From assembly GCF_006345805.1 (NCBI RefSeq), contig NC_043010.1, forward strand, positions 41,912,001 to 41,976,000: DNA of 64,000 bases, written 5' to 3'. Position numbers and translations under genes: made by a program. Source of the DNA: Octopus sinensis (taxonomy: Eukaryota). Below, piece after piece: positions 23,279 through 35,755 of the stretch (position 1 is the first letter of the stretch; every line of letters begins with the position of its first letter). Below the pieces are notes generated by a model. The model did not search any database, was not told where the DNA came from, and saw only the letters and a program-made list of their open reading frames with translations.

Positions 23279-25409
23279 ACAATTCTGAAAGGCGTAATTA
23301 AAATTAAGAATACATATATTCTTTATTTTAATTACTCCTTTCGGAATTGTTAGATTTGTAGTCGGGATAAAATCCAATAATTAATCAATTCGAAATGATG
23401 ATAAGAACCAAATTAATCGCTTCTAACCCAAATGCTACTGGCGTACTTTGTATGCGACGTATGTTGACAATTATATCAATTGCCCATAAGCTTTTTGATG
23501 AGCCATGAAACAAAGAATTCTTTTCTCAAACAGTAACTAGAATTTCAACTGGACAAAATTGTGGCATAGGAGAGGGCATCTATCAGTTTATATAAATATT
23601 TATATAATATAATAAATAGCTTTCTTAATGAGTTGACAGAAGAGTGATCCAAACATTGAATAAACCTTGATTTTCAGTCCAAAGAATTGCGATTGTAGTG
23701 TACAACGCTCTCCACAACCATTGCTACTGAGACCAACCTATACCATTCGAATACAGGATGGTACAGATTGGAATACCATCGCTCGGTACAATTGATTATT
23801 AATATACCACACAACTGGATAGGCAAGCCCACCCCACTCCAATGGATGGGTTGGTTTCAATAAATGCAAGATATCAGTTTTGGTGGGTGATGTACAGATG
23901 CAAATTTTCGACTTCTGTGCGTGGAGAAGCATCTGAAAAATATGCACGTGAATCTTTAAGTAACGTAACAAGGAATCTTTAACTGTTTTCTTATAAATAT
24001 ATGTAAACTGTAAACAATATGTTGAGTGTTCATATTTTTGTTTGCACACATAAACATACATGTATGTGTATATGTGTGCATGCATACATAGATACGTATG
24101 AATGCGTATGTACACACATAAATACACAAACGTACACACACGCCCCCACCACACACAGTAATTTCACAAGCTGAACTAGATTACTGTCTGTTGTCTTGGA
24201 AGACTAGCTGTTACTATTCAAACACGTATTAAAAGTCTTAATTTTGATAACAAATATTCCTTTCTTTTACATATTTTCATTTCTTTCTTTTCATTCTTTA
24301 TTTTCAGTTTGTTTGCTATATACTCAAATAATCGTAAATACATTTTTCTTTTCTAGTTTCAGTATTAGGGGGCAAATTTTAAGGGTGGATTAGGGTGTTC
24401 ATTTTTATTATAAATAATATTTATAATTGTTGCAATTACTTAACAGTAATGTCGCACATTTTTGATCAAAGATAACCCAGTTGTTACCATTGGGAGATTT
24501 TGCAAGTAGATTATTGAATGTCTTTCCGTTTTTGTTTTTAAATATAGTAACATGCAATTTGAGGGTGACACGGCTGTCATTTATAGCAGGTTAAGTGGTT
24601 ATATAGCTCCTTACTAGCTCGCAGTGTTAGATTAATGATAAATTTTGTGGTAGATATCAATTTTGTGCTTTATTCTTTTATGTTTTTATGATATATTTTG
24701 AAATGAAAGCGATAGATTGTCAGAATCGATAGACTGCATTTCATTCTACCAGTATCGATAAAAGAGGTACTACTCAAGAACTGCGCTCGATGTAATTCCT
24801 ACAAAATATGTAACTTTCCGCCCTTGTTGAAAATCAATACTAACAACAAACGCAGCGAACATATCATGAGCTGAATTCTCACAACTGTATTGATTCTAGA
24901 TTTCAGTTAATTCACTTTATTTATGCAACTAGTCTCAAGAAATGAATATCCTCTGCATTGGGTATAAACAACTTATCCATGAGAAAACGCAACTTTCGCT
25001 GTATCTCTGTGATCCTTTGAGCATTTATGCATGTGCTCTATATGTCAGAATTTATTTGCATTGGGAACGAGTAATTGTGCCTATTTCTGTTTGTCTTCAC
25101 GCAAAGTGTTAATAGACGCTTTTGATTCTAAACCTAAACTAAAATTTTCAAGCGCAGAAGATACGCCAGCTGTCTCTTTATCAGCGAGAGACGATACAGA
25201 GTTGCAATTATCTACTGCTGTGAATTTCTTTCACAACAATAAAGAATAAAATTAATTTCGAAAAGGTACCACAGAGAAGTGAAAGTAAGAAATATGTTTT
25301 AAGTAGAGTTTTAGTTAAAATATCTATGTCTGGCTCCGGTGCAGGGTTACGCACGTAGAAAAGACGTTTAATCGACCCTTAGTACTTATTTTATTGAAGT
25401 CAGAACCAT

Positions 25410-25825
25410 GAACTCGGGTGGTTCGAGTTCCCACCGCCAATCTCCGACTTCGCCTGTCTCTGTGGCCCCTTTTATCCGTCCTTCTGCAACGGTGCTTGCG
25501 GTGGTTTGGCCATGCATGTAGGCGTCCGGTGGGTAAACTGAGCCGTGATGTCCTTCTCCCAACTCCACTTCCCAACTGGCGGAAACGCGCAGGTGGGCAG
25601 CTGAAGACCTGGGTTACCACGATCAAGGAGGACCTCTCCGTGATCACGGGACCGCAGGTGGTCGGCCTGCGCCGATGGAACCGTGACTGGCCCACTATCT
25701 CCAGGGAACTGGCGCAGGACTGTCGTGCGTGGGCTGCCATGGTTCGAGATGCCTCAAGGGTGGTAGAAGAAGCCTACTCAACCCGCCCAGGGTGAATGTC
25801 ACCAAAATTACAAGTACAAGTACAT
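25410..25825 (+). mobile_element. RTE-clade LINE 3' end with (ACAAGT)n tail, inserted in a decayed Nin-type SINE
   Basis: LLQRCLRWFGHACRRP...WRKRAGGQLKTWVTTIKEDL...LAQDCRAWAAMVRD. SINE halves flank it at about 25365-25400 and 25826-25910. Confidence 0.8.
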
Positions 25826-26448
25826 GAAAGGGTGACTCCGGAAAGATTTGAACTCAGATGGCAATGGGGTATTACTAAGACAATTAATTCACTGTTGTGC
25901 CGATTCTGCCAATCCACTCTAATCACCGCTTTATATATTTAATTAAAATACCAATCATCTAAGTTGTTCGTAGACTCTGAATTTACAGAATTATACAGTG
26001 TTCATAATAAAACTTATTGTAGAATAGCCCTATGTTAAGTAAGACTCTTTTAATTATGCTGAATTGACACCGTTGGTCCAGAGGGTAGGTTCTTGTACAG
26101 AATATTTTATCAGAACTTAGTTCTTGATCAATTCGATTTTAAATTTCCAGCCTACTCCGACTGTTGATCCAAAATTAATATACAGACCTCAGTTCTACAT
26201 TGATCTCAATAAAATAAAATATTTATTATCACAAACAGCACAGATTATCCCAATATAATTTCGAACGATTCTATTTCTCTTACCATCTTCGTTGAAAATT
26301 CTATGTTTATGTAGTTAAATCAATGCTAACAAATAAGAGATGTATTTTATTATATTCAATTAGCAAACTGCTTGCTCGATATAAGCGCTTCTTTTAAAAT
26401 CGTCACGTAAGTTTCAACAACTTATACTATCACTCTCTTTTTCACTCC

Positions 26449-26479
<31 letters not shown>

Positions 26480-26512
26480 GTAATATAATATGTCACAATT
26501 ATTCGGTTGCCA

Positions 26513-26575
26513 TAATAAAACTCTGAGTTTCAGATGTCGAGGAGGACATCTGCTCCAGCATCTCGTCAGTTATTA
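26513..26575 (-). ncRNA. Type I HHR-like motif, family B
   Basis: taataa-CTGACGA-gatg...catc-t-GAAA-CTC-a-GAG-TT-ttatta. Stem I is 6/6. Confidence 0.6.
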
Positions 26576-27078
26576 AGACAAGCAAAAATGCTATTAGAAT
26601 GACCGTTAAATAAAGGGAAAAAATTTGAAGGGGAGAAAGTAAAAAACGCTCATAGAATTCGCGTATGCGCGCATGTACATACATACATACACATGCGTGC
26701 ACGCACACTCACATACATGTGCATATATGCATATGCCCATTCACACTCGCGTTAAACACATACATGCACACCCCCCCACACACACACCTCTATATGTGCA
26801 TATATATAAAGAACCTGCATTTTATATTGTGTCCACGTACAAGCATTTTATCTCTCTGTATTTTGTTTTACATATTTTTATATATTTTTATTGCTTTATA
26901 TACTTCTACATATTTTTTTCTGTATATTACCTTTCGGCCTGCTTTTGTTTGTGCATGTGCGTATATAGACGTGTATATGAACATATTTGTGCGAGTATGG
27001 TTATATATACGAGTGTGCGTGTGTGCGGGTATGTATATGTGTTCATGTGCATGGTTGCATATATATGTATACATATAG

Positions 27079-27109
<31 letters not shown>

Positions 27110-27485
27110 AGTGTGCATATGTGTGTTTCATGCGAGTGTGAGTGAACATATGCATATATAGCATATGCGTATTTAGATGTGTAGATGAATATATTTGTGC
27201 GCCTATCGATATGTGTACGTGTGTGCGTGTGTGCGGATATGTATATGTGTACATGTGTATGGTTGCATATATAGAGGTGTGTGTGTGGGTGTGCACGTAT
27301 GTGTTTCACGCGAGTGTGAGGGAGCATATGCATATATGCACATGTACCTGGGTGTGCATGCGCGCATGTGTATGTATGTAAGTACATGTGCGCATACGCG
27401 AATTCTATGTGCATTTATTATTTTTTCCCCTTCGGGTCTTTTCCCTTTATTTAACGGTAATTTTTCCTAGCATTTTTGTTTGTCT

Positions 27486-27548
27486 TAGTAACTGAAGAGA
27501 TGCCGGAGCAGATTTCCGCTCCGACATCCGAAACTCGGAGTTTTATTA
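27486..27548 (+). ncRNA. Type I HHR-like motif, family B
   Basis: tagtaa-CTGAAGA-gatgccggagc/gctccgacatc-c-GAAA-CTC-g-GAG-TT-ttatta. 10/11-bp stem II with one extra C before GAAA. Confidence 0.65.
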
Positions 27549-27832
27549 TGGCAACCGAATAATTTTCACATATTATATTACAGATAAATTCCTCTATCTA
27601 CATAATATCGAGGTCTCATTCATTTATTGTCATACTATTACTATTAATACATACATATATATATATATATGCATACCGGAGTAAACACATAAATGTGAAA
27701 CAAGGTGGAGAAAAGAGTACTCAAATACCAGTGGTAGAGTAATATGCTTTACTTAAAGCAGCGGAAAATTCAACAAAACGTGTTACTCTGAGTTTCATGT
27801 TCAACAGGTTTTGGTGAATTTTCCGCTGCTGT

Positions 27833-27926
<94 letters not shown>

Positions 27927-27966
27927 GTATATATATATATGTATATATACGTGTATATATATAGTG

Positions 27967-28290
27967 AAGGCGCATGGCTCAGTGGTTAGAGCGTCGAGCT
28001 TACGATCGTGAGGTTGTGAGCTCGAATCCCGGACCGGGCTGCGTGTTGTGTTCTTGAGCAAGGCACTTTATTTCACGTTGCTCCAGTTCACTCAGCTGTA
28101 GAAATGAGTTGCGACGTCACTGGTGCCAAGCTGTATCGACCTTTGTCTTTCCCTTGGATAACATCAGTGGCGTGGAGAGGGGAGGCTGGTATGCATGGGC
28201 GACTGCTGGTCTTCCATAAACAACCTTGCCCGGACTTGTGTCTAGGAGGGTAACTTTCTAGGTGCAATCCCATGGTCATTCATGACCGAA
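27967..28290 (+). mobile_element. tRNA-derived SINE, family S3, with a CORE/Meta-like central domain
   Basis: A box tggctcagtgg and B-box-like gctcgaatccc. Central gtgttcttgagcaaggcactt...cactcagctgta. Flanked by (TA)n. Confidence 0.8.
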
Positions 28291-28989
28291 GGGGGTCTTT
28301 ACCCTTTTATGTATATATATATATATATATACATAATATCTCTGCCGAAGAATACGAATCTCAGAAGATGCTCAGATAAGAAGTTTCGTCTTTTCAACCT
28401 GTTTCTGCGCAGATCATAAACCCCTTATTAGTTCTTTTCATTATTCTGTCTAACTGCAACATATTCATTCATTCATCTATTAAAGTTTATCACACAGTCA
28501 CTTATTTCTCTAATTTTGTCTTAGATTGGCTGACCTAAATCTCTCAGATTTTTCAATTCTATTTTACTCTTACCAATATTTGCTGTCACGTTAAATTATG
28601 CTAAACAAATTCCAAAAGAATATTGTTCTCCATCGTGTTCTGACCACTACCCTCCCCCTCTCTCTCTGGTTCACTCTCTCTCCCTCTCTCTCTCTCTCTC
28701 TCTTGGCCTCACTCTGTCTCTGTTTGTCTCTGTCTGTCTGTCTGTTTCTCTTTCGATTACCACTCGCTTCGCCAAGACTTCCTCCACTACCACCACCACG
28801 ACCTTTGTCATCCTTTGGTTTTCTCTCATGAACACTTCTAAAGGCTTAACGCCATCCCCACCCCTACTTAGGGTTTATCGCCTATGCAAGGTAGTGATCA
28901 TATAGTGCAAACATATGATAGTGTAGTGTATGCAGGTTGAACTTAAGGCTCTTATTTGTTTATGAATTCTGCCAAATGCGAGCTTTCTT

Positions 28990-29242
28990 TTCATGTACAT
29001 GACGCTGCTGTCCCCCGTCCCAGGGTATCACGGACCTATATCTCCTATTCACAGGGTTGGCACTCTCAACGTCGGCACATGGAAAGGTAGGTCTGGTGAG
29101 ATTGTTGAGATGCTTGAACGGAGATGTGTCGATATGTGCTGCATCCAATAATTAAGGTGGAGATGAGGTTCCGCTAGGTTCCTCACAGGCAAAGAACACG
29201 GGTAAAAGATTTTCTGGGCAGGGAACACTGACGAGGTCGGAC
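28990..29242 (+). mobile_element. RTE-clade LINE fragment, endonuclease N-terminus
   Basis: RVGTLNVGTWKGRSGEIVEMLERRCVDMCCIQ*LRWR*GSARFLTGKEH..IFWAGN. Confidence 0.8.
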
Positions 29243-30394
29243 ACAATATCTTCTATCAACAACATCACGATATTGGATACTGTGCGATGTCTTAAATAAT
29301 AATAACAACGACAATAACACCAGCTGCAGCATCAGTGAAACATTTTTGTCCTCGAAAAGACATGCTGAACCCTTTTGAACAAGACGTTACCCTTAAAGAA
29401 GTCCTTGCTCTAATCAAAGGAGAAAATAAAAATCGGGAATTAGAAATCAGCAGGTAATGAGATATGAAAATATAAACGGCACATATATTATTTGAAGCAG
29501 TGGGTGTTATAAAAACGGGTATGAACAAAACAAAAAGCATAAAAATCATAGAAGGACTTACAAATTTACGTGCAACTCGAGGAAAACAATATCTAATAGT
29601 CACAGTTCGCATAACCAACCCAGTTCTATAGTACAGTTCTCACATGCAGTTTCTACATTATTCACATAACACATCCATTACACAATAACCTCAAAATAAC
29701 AACACAAACATTACAGTGTATTCTGTACAAAATTAGTACTCAAAGTATCACATTACAATGTATCACTTTCAAGCTACTATAATAACAATTAAAATGAATG
29801 AACCTCTATGATATGATTTGTTCATTTTGTAAACAACTATCTCTGACAGTTAAATCGACTAGCTTCTTTGGTTTTCATCAGTTGTAATACTTGCAATCAT
29901 CGCTATGGACCATGGACTACGATCTGAATGATTCTATATAGTGCTAAAAGTTGTTGAGGCTTCACCCACCTTTAAACATTGGGTGTTTATCTTTACACAA
30001 TATCATATTACACTCAAAAGAACTAGTCTTTCTTGTCTGGAACTTTTCGTGTGTTCGGAGTATTTCGAAATTATTTCTAAATATACATCAGATGATCACG
30101 ATTGTAACTACATTAGAAATTATTTCATTCAGCTGTCAAATGAAGTTCGCATACTGACACAAGCTCACCACTCGCAAATACGACGTCTGTTGAATATAGA
30201 AAATCTCTTCTTTAACTCAATTTGGACTGTTACTTGATGAAAAGTTCACACTGGGAAAGAAGAAAATATTTCATAACCAGAAACACTTCTCCCAGATATC
30301 GCAAAACAAAATCCTAATCAAAACACTGACCGTAATCAGACTTATGTCTTCCATCGGAGTGGCAAAAGAAAACTTTTTGGAAACTAAAATACAC

Positions 30395-30553
30395 CACATA
30401 TCTTACATTACTTACATAGTTTACATTTAACGGATATTTGTCCTCATCTTGTTTGTTGTTAACACAACGTTTCGGCTGATATACTCTCCAGCCTTCATCC
30501 GGTGTCTTGGGGAAGTTTCGAAGCTGGGTTCTCATTCCTAAGGTATATTTTGA

Positions 30554-30619
<66 letters not shown>

Positions 30620-30757
30620 CAAGACACCTGATAAAGGCTGGAGGGTATATCAGCCGAAATGTTGGGTTAACAACAAATAAGATGAGGACAAATATCCGTC
30701 AAATGTAAATTTTGTAAATAGTGTACATAATTCCTCATCTCTCAAATATAGAACTTA
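30395..30757. repeat. Two family-A HHR modules back to back around (TTA)n (HHR motifs 30461-30506 minus and 30623-30668 plus)
   Basis: The left copy is the reverse complement of the right. Cores are CGGATGA and CTGATAA; stem II ggctg/cagcc is intact in both. Confidence 0.8.
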
Positions 30758-31699
30758 CCACATATCTTGTACAGCAGCGTTCTGCTGGTATTTTCCGCCA
30801 TGTATTTCCATCGAATACTTCTTCTACGATGTTACCTTGTTATAAAAAAAGTAGTATTTTAATTACTGTAGATACATTAAATTAAAATTTTTAATAAGCT
30901 GTTCGATGCTATAATATGTAGATAATTATGTATCTTTCCGAAATTTATAATTGCTGTATCCTGTTATTTACTTCTGAAAGTAATATGGTTTCATAATTTT
31001 AATCATATATGTAAAATTGTTTTAAAATTAATCATAATTTCACGGAGAAAAGAAATCAGAGATATCATTCATATGAAAAATAGTACATATTGTTTTTCAG
31101 GCGCATAGCTTTTCCGAATGATTTACTCAGGCTGTTCTATTTTGATATATCAAACTAAGTGTAATCTTGGATATTTACCGAGAGGTTATTTTATTACTAT
31201 TTTCGTGGAAACTTAATTTCTCTGAAGAGTCCAGAATACGACAGGAACGTGTCTAGTATAATTTCTAGTTGCCGCTAGAAAAATGAAGTACTTTTAGTAA
31301 TTGACTAATATTGTTTTTTTTTTACTGCATAATTATATCTGTTTGGCTTTTAATAGCTCTATTATATATGTCTTCTAATTCAATGAACAATTTTAAATTT
31401 CACGATTCGCCCAGTTATTATCATATGGTAACAAGAACTGGGGAAGAAAAAGCGGTTTCAAGGGCTTCTATATGATATAAAGGGAAAAGAATACCATATG
31501 TTTAGAATAGCAAGTTCGAAGCTTCGATTAACCAAGATTATCTTTGCAATTAGAACATTAAAGTCCCTCAGAGGCTGTTATATATCTAAAAACAAGAAAA
31601 GGAAGTAATGCTTTTCATTTGTAGACTGTTTACCGATCCAATATGACATGAAGCAATGCATTTTGCGAGCAAACCATACGTTTGGATTCGTAACTGAAG

Positions 31700-31905
31700 C
31701 TTATTGAATGCAAGAATTAAGTTCTAACTTCTTTTCTCGCGCCTGAAATATAGTAACCTTGCACCCCATCCAAAGAGTTCTATAATTCATGAAAACCTCT
31801 TCAATTCGCATTTTGCATTTTACATTCTGATAGAATATTATTTTGAAATTCATCAAAGTGTCTCTATATTGTTTTCTTTTTAGTATCTTTAAACCTTTGG
31901 ACACA
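31700..31905 (-). mobile_element. Possible decayed RTE(-BovB-like) C-terminal fragment
   Basis: KRKQYRDTLMNFK...NYRTLWMGCKVTIFQAREKKLE resembles an RTE ORF C-terminus. Confidence 0.35.
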
Positions 31906-32042
31906 AAATATTGTAAGTCTGTATGCCATATCCTACATTATAATGCTTATTTTTTAATCGAGTCAGCGTGATATTGTGTTTGTTTCAATGGATATTGTTA
32001 AAAAATAGTTCTATACGGAATTCTTTTAATTAAATAGATAAA

Positions 32043-33000
32043 TACAGGATGTCTAAAAAAAATCAAGAAAAACTGGTTCAAATTTGAATATTATATTTGT
32101 TGTAAAGCATATGCTGCTAAAAATAGTACTCCCCATAGTGAACAGAGCAATAAATTGCTTCCTGGAACAAACTTTCCAGTAATTGCGACGTTTTGAACTA
32201 CATCAGTAATAAGATTTAGAAGTTCTGCTACATCTCTCTAATTCTTCTACTGATGTACACCATAGATTTAATGAACTTCCAAGCGAAAATATCTAATTGT
32301 GCTAAATCGGATGAGTATGCTGCCCATGGTTGTGCTTCCGCACGATCAGTCCAGTGATGAAGGAAGCATCTCGCAATGTAATTATGTACGATCTTTGCAA
32401 AATGGCACGGTGTTCCATCCTGTTCAAAAATTACTGTTAAGAATGCCATCTGCAAGAAGATGAGGCTCAAGGATTTTTGAAACATTTCAAGACACACAGT
32501 TCCCGTGATGTAGTCCCTGTAAAGAAGAAAGGCCCATACAGCTTTGATTTAGTCATACCACGCCAAACATCCACTTTAGGGGTATCTCGTTACCATTCAA
32601 GAAATTCAGTCGGCTTCTCGTTTCCCCAAATGTAACAGTTATGACGATTAACCTTTCTACATGTGTGTAAGGTTACTTCATCACTGAACAGACCTTTGTT
32701 GATTAAATTAGCACTTTCAATTTGATCAATAAGCTCAGCGCATATCGCTGATCTGCGTTGATAATCCTCGTGTATGTCCAGAAAATTTATTTTTGTTCAC
32801 AGAATCTTACGAAGATCACTTCGTAAGATTCTGTGGATTGGTGCACGTGGAATTTCCAACATGTTAACGGCTCTCGTGTTGATGATTGCGGATCCTGTTC
32901 AGTTTTTTCTCCAGGTTTTTTGGACATCCAACCCTAATGTTATCTTGTGCAGATACAGTTTTCTAAAATTTTATTCACAACTCACGAATAATTAATTTGT
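32043..33000 (-). mobile_element. Decayed Tc1/mariner-superfamily transposon (Tc3/maT-like)
   Basis: FEQDGTPCHF...WAAYSSDLAQLDIFAWKFIKSMVY. Upstream FSDEV..NRHNC..W and KLYGPFFF. TA-cagg terminus at 32043. Confidence 0.75.
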
Positions 33001-33351
33001 CAGTTGGACCTCTCGTATGAAACTTCGTCTCAAATTTACTTTGTATTTCAGGCTTAGTATCTTCCATATTACCATAAACAGCCGTTCTTTCATATTGATC
33101 ATTAGTTATTTGGACGTGAAAAAAAAATTACAACATATACCAATTAACATTATGTAAAAACACAAATTTGCATTAGTGATGATTATCCTTATAACAGTAT
33201 TATAATGTTTTAAAAATCGAATCTCACTGAAATAGTGACTTTTGAGACGCCTTGTACTTAATAAATTCATTGCTGAAATTATACATACTATCCTTCAGCG
33301 ATTCTTCCCATATTTGTCTTATATTTTCTTCTTTTGCTCTCAGTCATTTGT

Positions 33352-33354
<3 letters not shown>

Positions 33355-33428
<74 letters not shown>
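33355..33428. repeat. (CT)n microsatellite
   Basis: Direct reading of the sequence. Confidence 0.97.
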
Positions 33429-33431
<3 letters not shown>

Positions 33432-35062
33432 TTCTCCTTTTCCCCCTCTTTCTAGTTCCCTTCCTCTTTTATTTTTTCTCTCTATTCTATAATATATAAT
33501 TATCACCCTTTTCTCTTTTACCGAGCGATATTTGTTTATATTAGTACTGGTAGCCATATTTCAGCAATAGTACGGGTATCCTCACAGCAAAATTATATAA
33601 CCGACACAAGGTGATTCACGAATTATTTAAGAAGGACAAGCGATTATCCTCGAGCTAGCTCTCATAAAATGGAAGGCCGACTTTCAAACGGTAGCAGGCA
33701 ATTTGCTACATGCTATTAAATTGTCACCATGACGACAAAATACCAAATCATTTTTAATATCAATTTGTTACATTGCCACATGGTCACACATTTACAGGGA
33801 AAGGCTTTAATTGAATGAAGCGACTACCAGTAAATAAAGGCAACTATATTGTCAATTCCAGAAAGATGAAAGGTGGAGCTGACCCCATAGGATTTGAACT
33901 CAGAATGTTCTAGAACAAAGTTAAATACTGAATGGCATTTTGTCTAGTGTTCTATCGATTCTAGCAGCTACAGTTCTTCAAATTAGAATATTGATTCCTA
34001 ATTTTGGCAGAAAGCCACAAATTTATCGTTTATTGCAATTGACCTATATGGTACTTGGTTTAGCGAAGCCCAAGAGTATAAAAAGCAAATTCAACAATCG
34101 GATCTTAAATTAGAACGTTAAGAGACGAAACTAAATATCACAAAGAATATGAAATAGTACTCTACTGTTAGTACGGCTTTTATGTTACTTTATGATCCTT
34201 GAAAATTGTATACTTGTTACAAATTGTTAGCGTCCTAAAGCATTATCACTATATTGTATAATCTACAACGCATAAGCACTTACTATTTCACTAACTATTT
34301 CGATCACTAACTTGTAAAACAAATGTTTCTTGTGAAAATAATTGCATTTGTTGTACTTCAGCTAGAAGATCAGCTGCTCTGTGCAACTATAGTGATACTA
34401 GCACAATTTCTATCATATGGTTAGCAGTAGTATCAATAAGGATATTTTCACACTAGTCTTACTACATTTTACTTGCTAAAACTCGTCAGATCGACTACCA
34501 GATCGATATTTGTAACGAAACAAGAGAAACCTATGAGAAATTAGATACTATCCTTCAGCGATTCTTCCTGTACTTGCCTTCTTTTTCTGTCTTTTTACTT
34601 TGCTCTTTCTATTAGTTTCTCAGTATTCTATTTTCTTTTACCTATGTTTATTTATTTTTTCTTCTCATTTGACATTTTCACGTTCTGCTTTCTATTCCTT
34701 TTATTTTATTTCATGCTAATTCATAGAAATATTTGATTTAGAAAGAGGTTTGATTTCTTCATACTTTCCGTAATCTGGTCTTGCGTAAACTAGAAATATT
34801 TAATTTTTTCTAATTTAGTCTAACACAAAAAACACCCAATTATTTGTTTCTAACATTCACAAAATAAAGAAATTGTATATTTCTAAGAAAATAGTGTAAG
34901 GAAATATTGATTGTTGACAAGCAGACTAAACATTGCATTTTTTAACGTAGGATGAATTGAACATCATGACAATTATATATTATCTAAAGTGGTGTGAAAT
35001 AACTGAAACAAGGAACTAGAAGTGTGAGGCATAATTCAGCTAGCAGAATGATTTCACTCCAC

Positions 35063-35121
<59 letters not shown>

Positions 35122-35755
35122 CTTGTATCATTTATTTGTTTCATTCATTGGACTGCGGCCATAATGAGGCACCATGTTTAAGGGTTTAGTCAAACATTTC
35201 GACCTCATTACTTATTATTTTAAAGTGTGGTTCTTGTTCTATCCAGAACTTAGAACAGCCAGAATATATGTATATTATATTCCTGGGTATGTCTTTAAAC
35301 TGCATCCATTAGCGGGGACCATGGTTCGGGAGTTCCAGGGTTTTGAGGTATGTGGAACAGCAGTTTGCCACTATTGTTCTCAGGTCTACTTTAAATAGTA
35401 ACAACTGCCAAGCTCCCACTTCTAGGTTAACTAGCATATGTGATGACAGTCCATCTGAGTGCAGGAACCCACAAAGGGTCAGGGCGCTAAATAAAAGAAC
35501 CAGAACTCCTAGCTGTTGTCACAGCATTCATGTATGAGAGGGAAAATCTGATGTATAGCCTGAAGTTGCGCGTGATTACTGGCGATCCCACTTCGGCTTG
35601 TCACCAGGTACTAATCACAGAGACTTACAGTGTGGTACCCGTGTTGCACCATATTCCAATGATGTACAGCTCTCTCTTTATGGTGACATCATTTGTCATG
35701 CCATGCACTGAAAATTCTATGACGGATAATGAGGAATCACAAAGAGACGGCAATA

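Larger units (their letters stand above)
26481..27600. repeat. Large diverged inverted repeat (arms about 26481-26810 and 27255-27600), each arm ending in a family-B HHR
   Basis: e.g. catagaattcgcgtatgcgc pairs with gcgcatacgcgaattctatg, and accgttaaataaagggaaaa with ttttccctttatttaacggt. Confidence 0.85.

Noticed and set aside
23700-23940. Unique-looking stretch with a good minus-strand acceptor (atatttttcAG)
   Set aside because: Every frame hits a stop within the stretch, no recognisable domain is present and no clear donor was found.
25031-25249. Protein-like frames on both strands (minus: AVDNCNSVSSLADKETAGVSSALENFSLGLESKASINTLREDKQK*)
   Set aside because: Short, weak splice context and no homology recognised. 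It cannot be supported without RNA data.
27967-28045. tRNA-like sequences (also 3600-3675, 17182-17250, 57100-57165)
   Set aside because: They have A and B boxes but run directly into SINE bodies, with no complete cloverleaf or acceptor stem. They are SINE heads, not tRNA genes.
29300-29620. Plus-strand frame resembling a LINE ORF1 remnant
   Set aside because: It has several stops and no diagnostic motif, so no family could be assigned.
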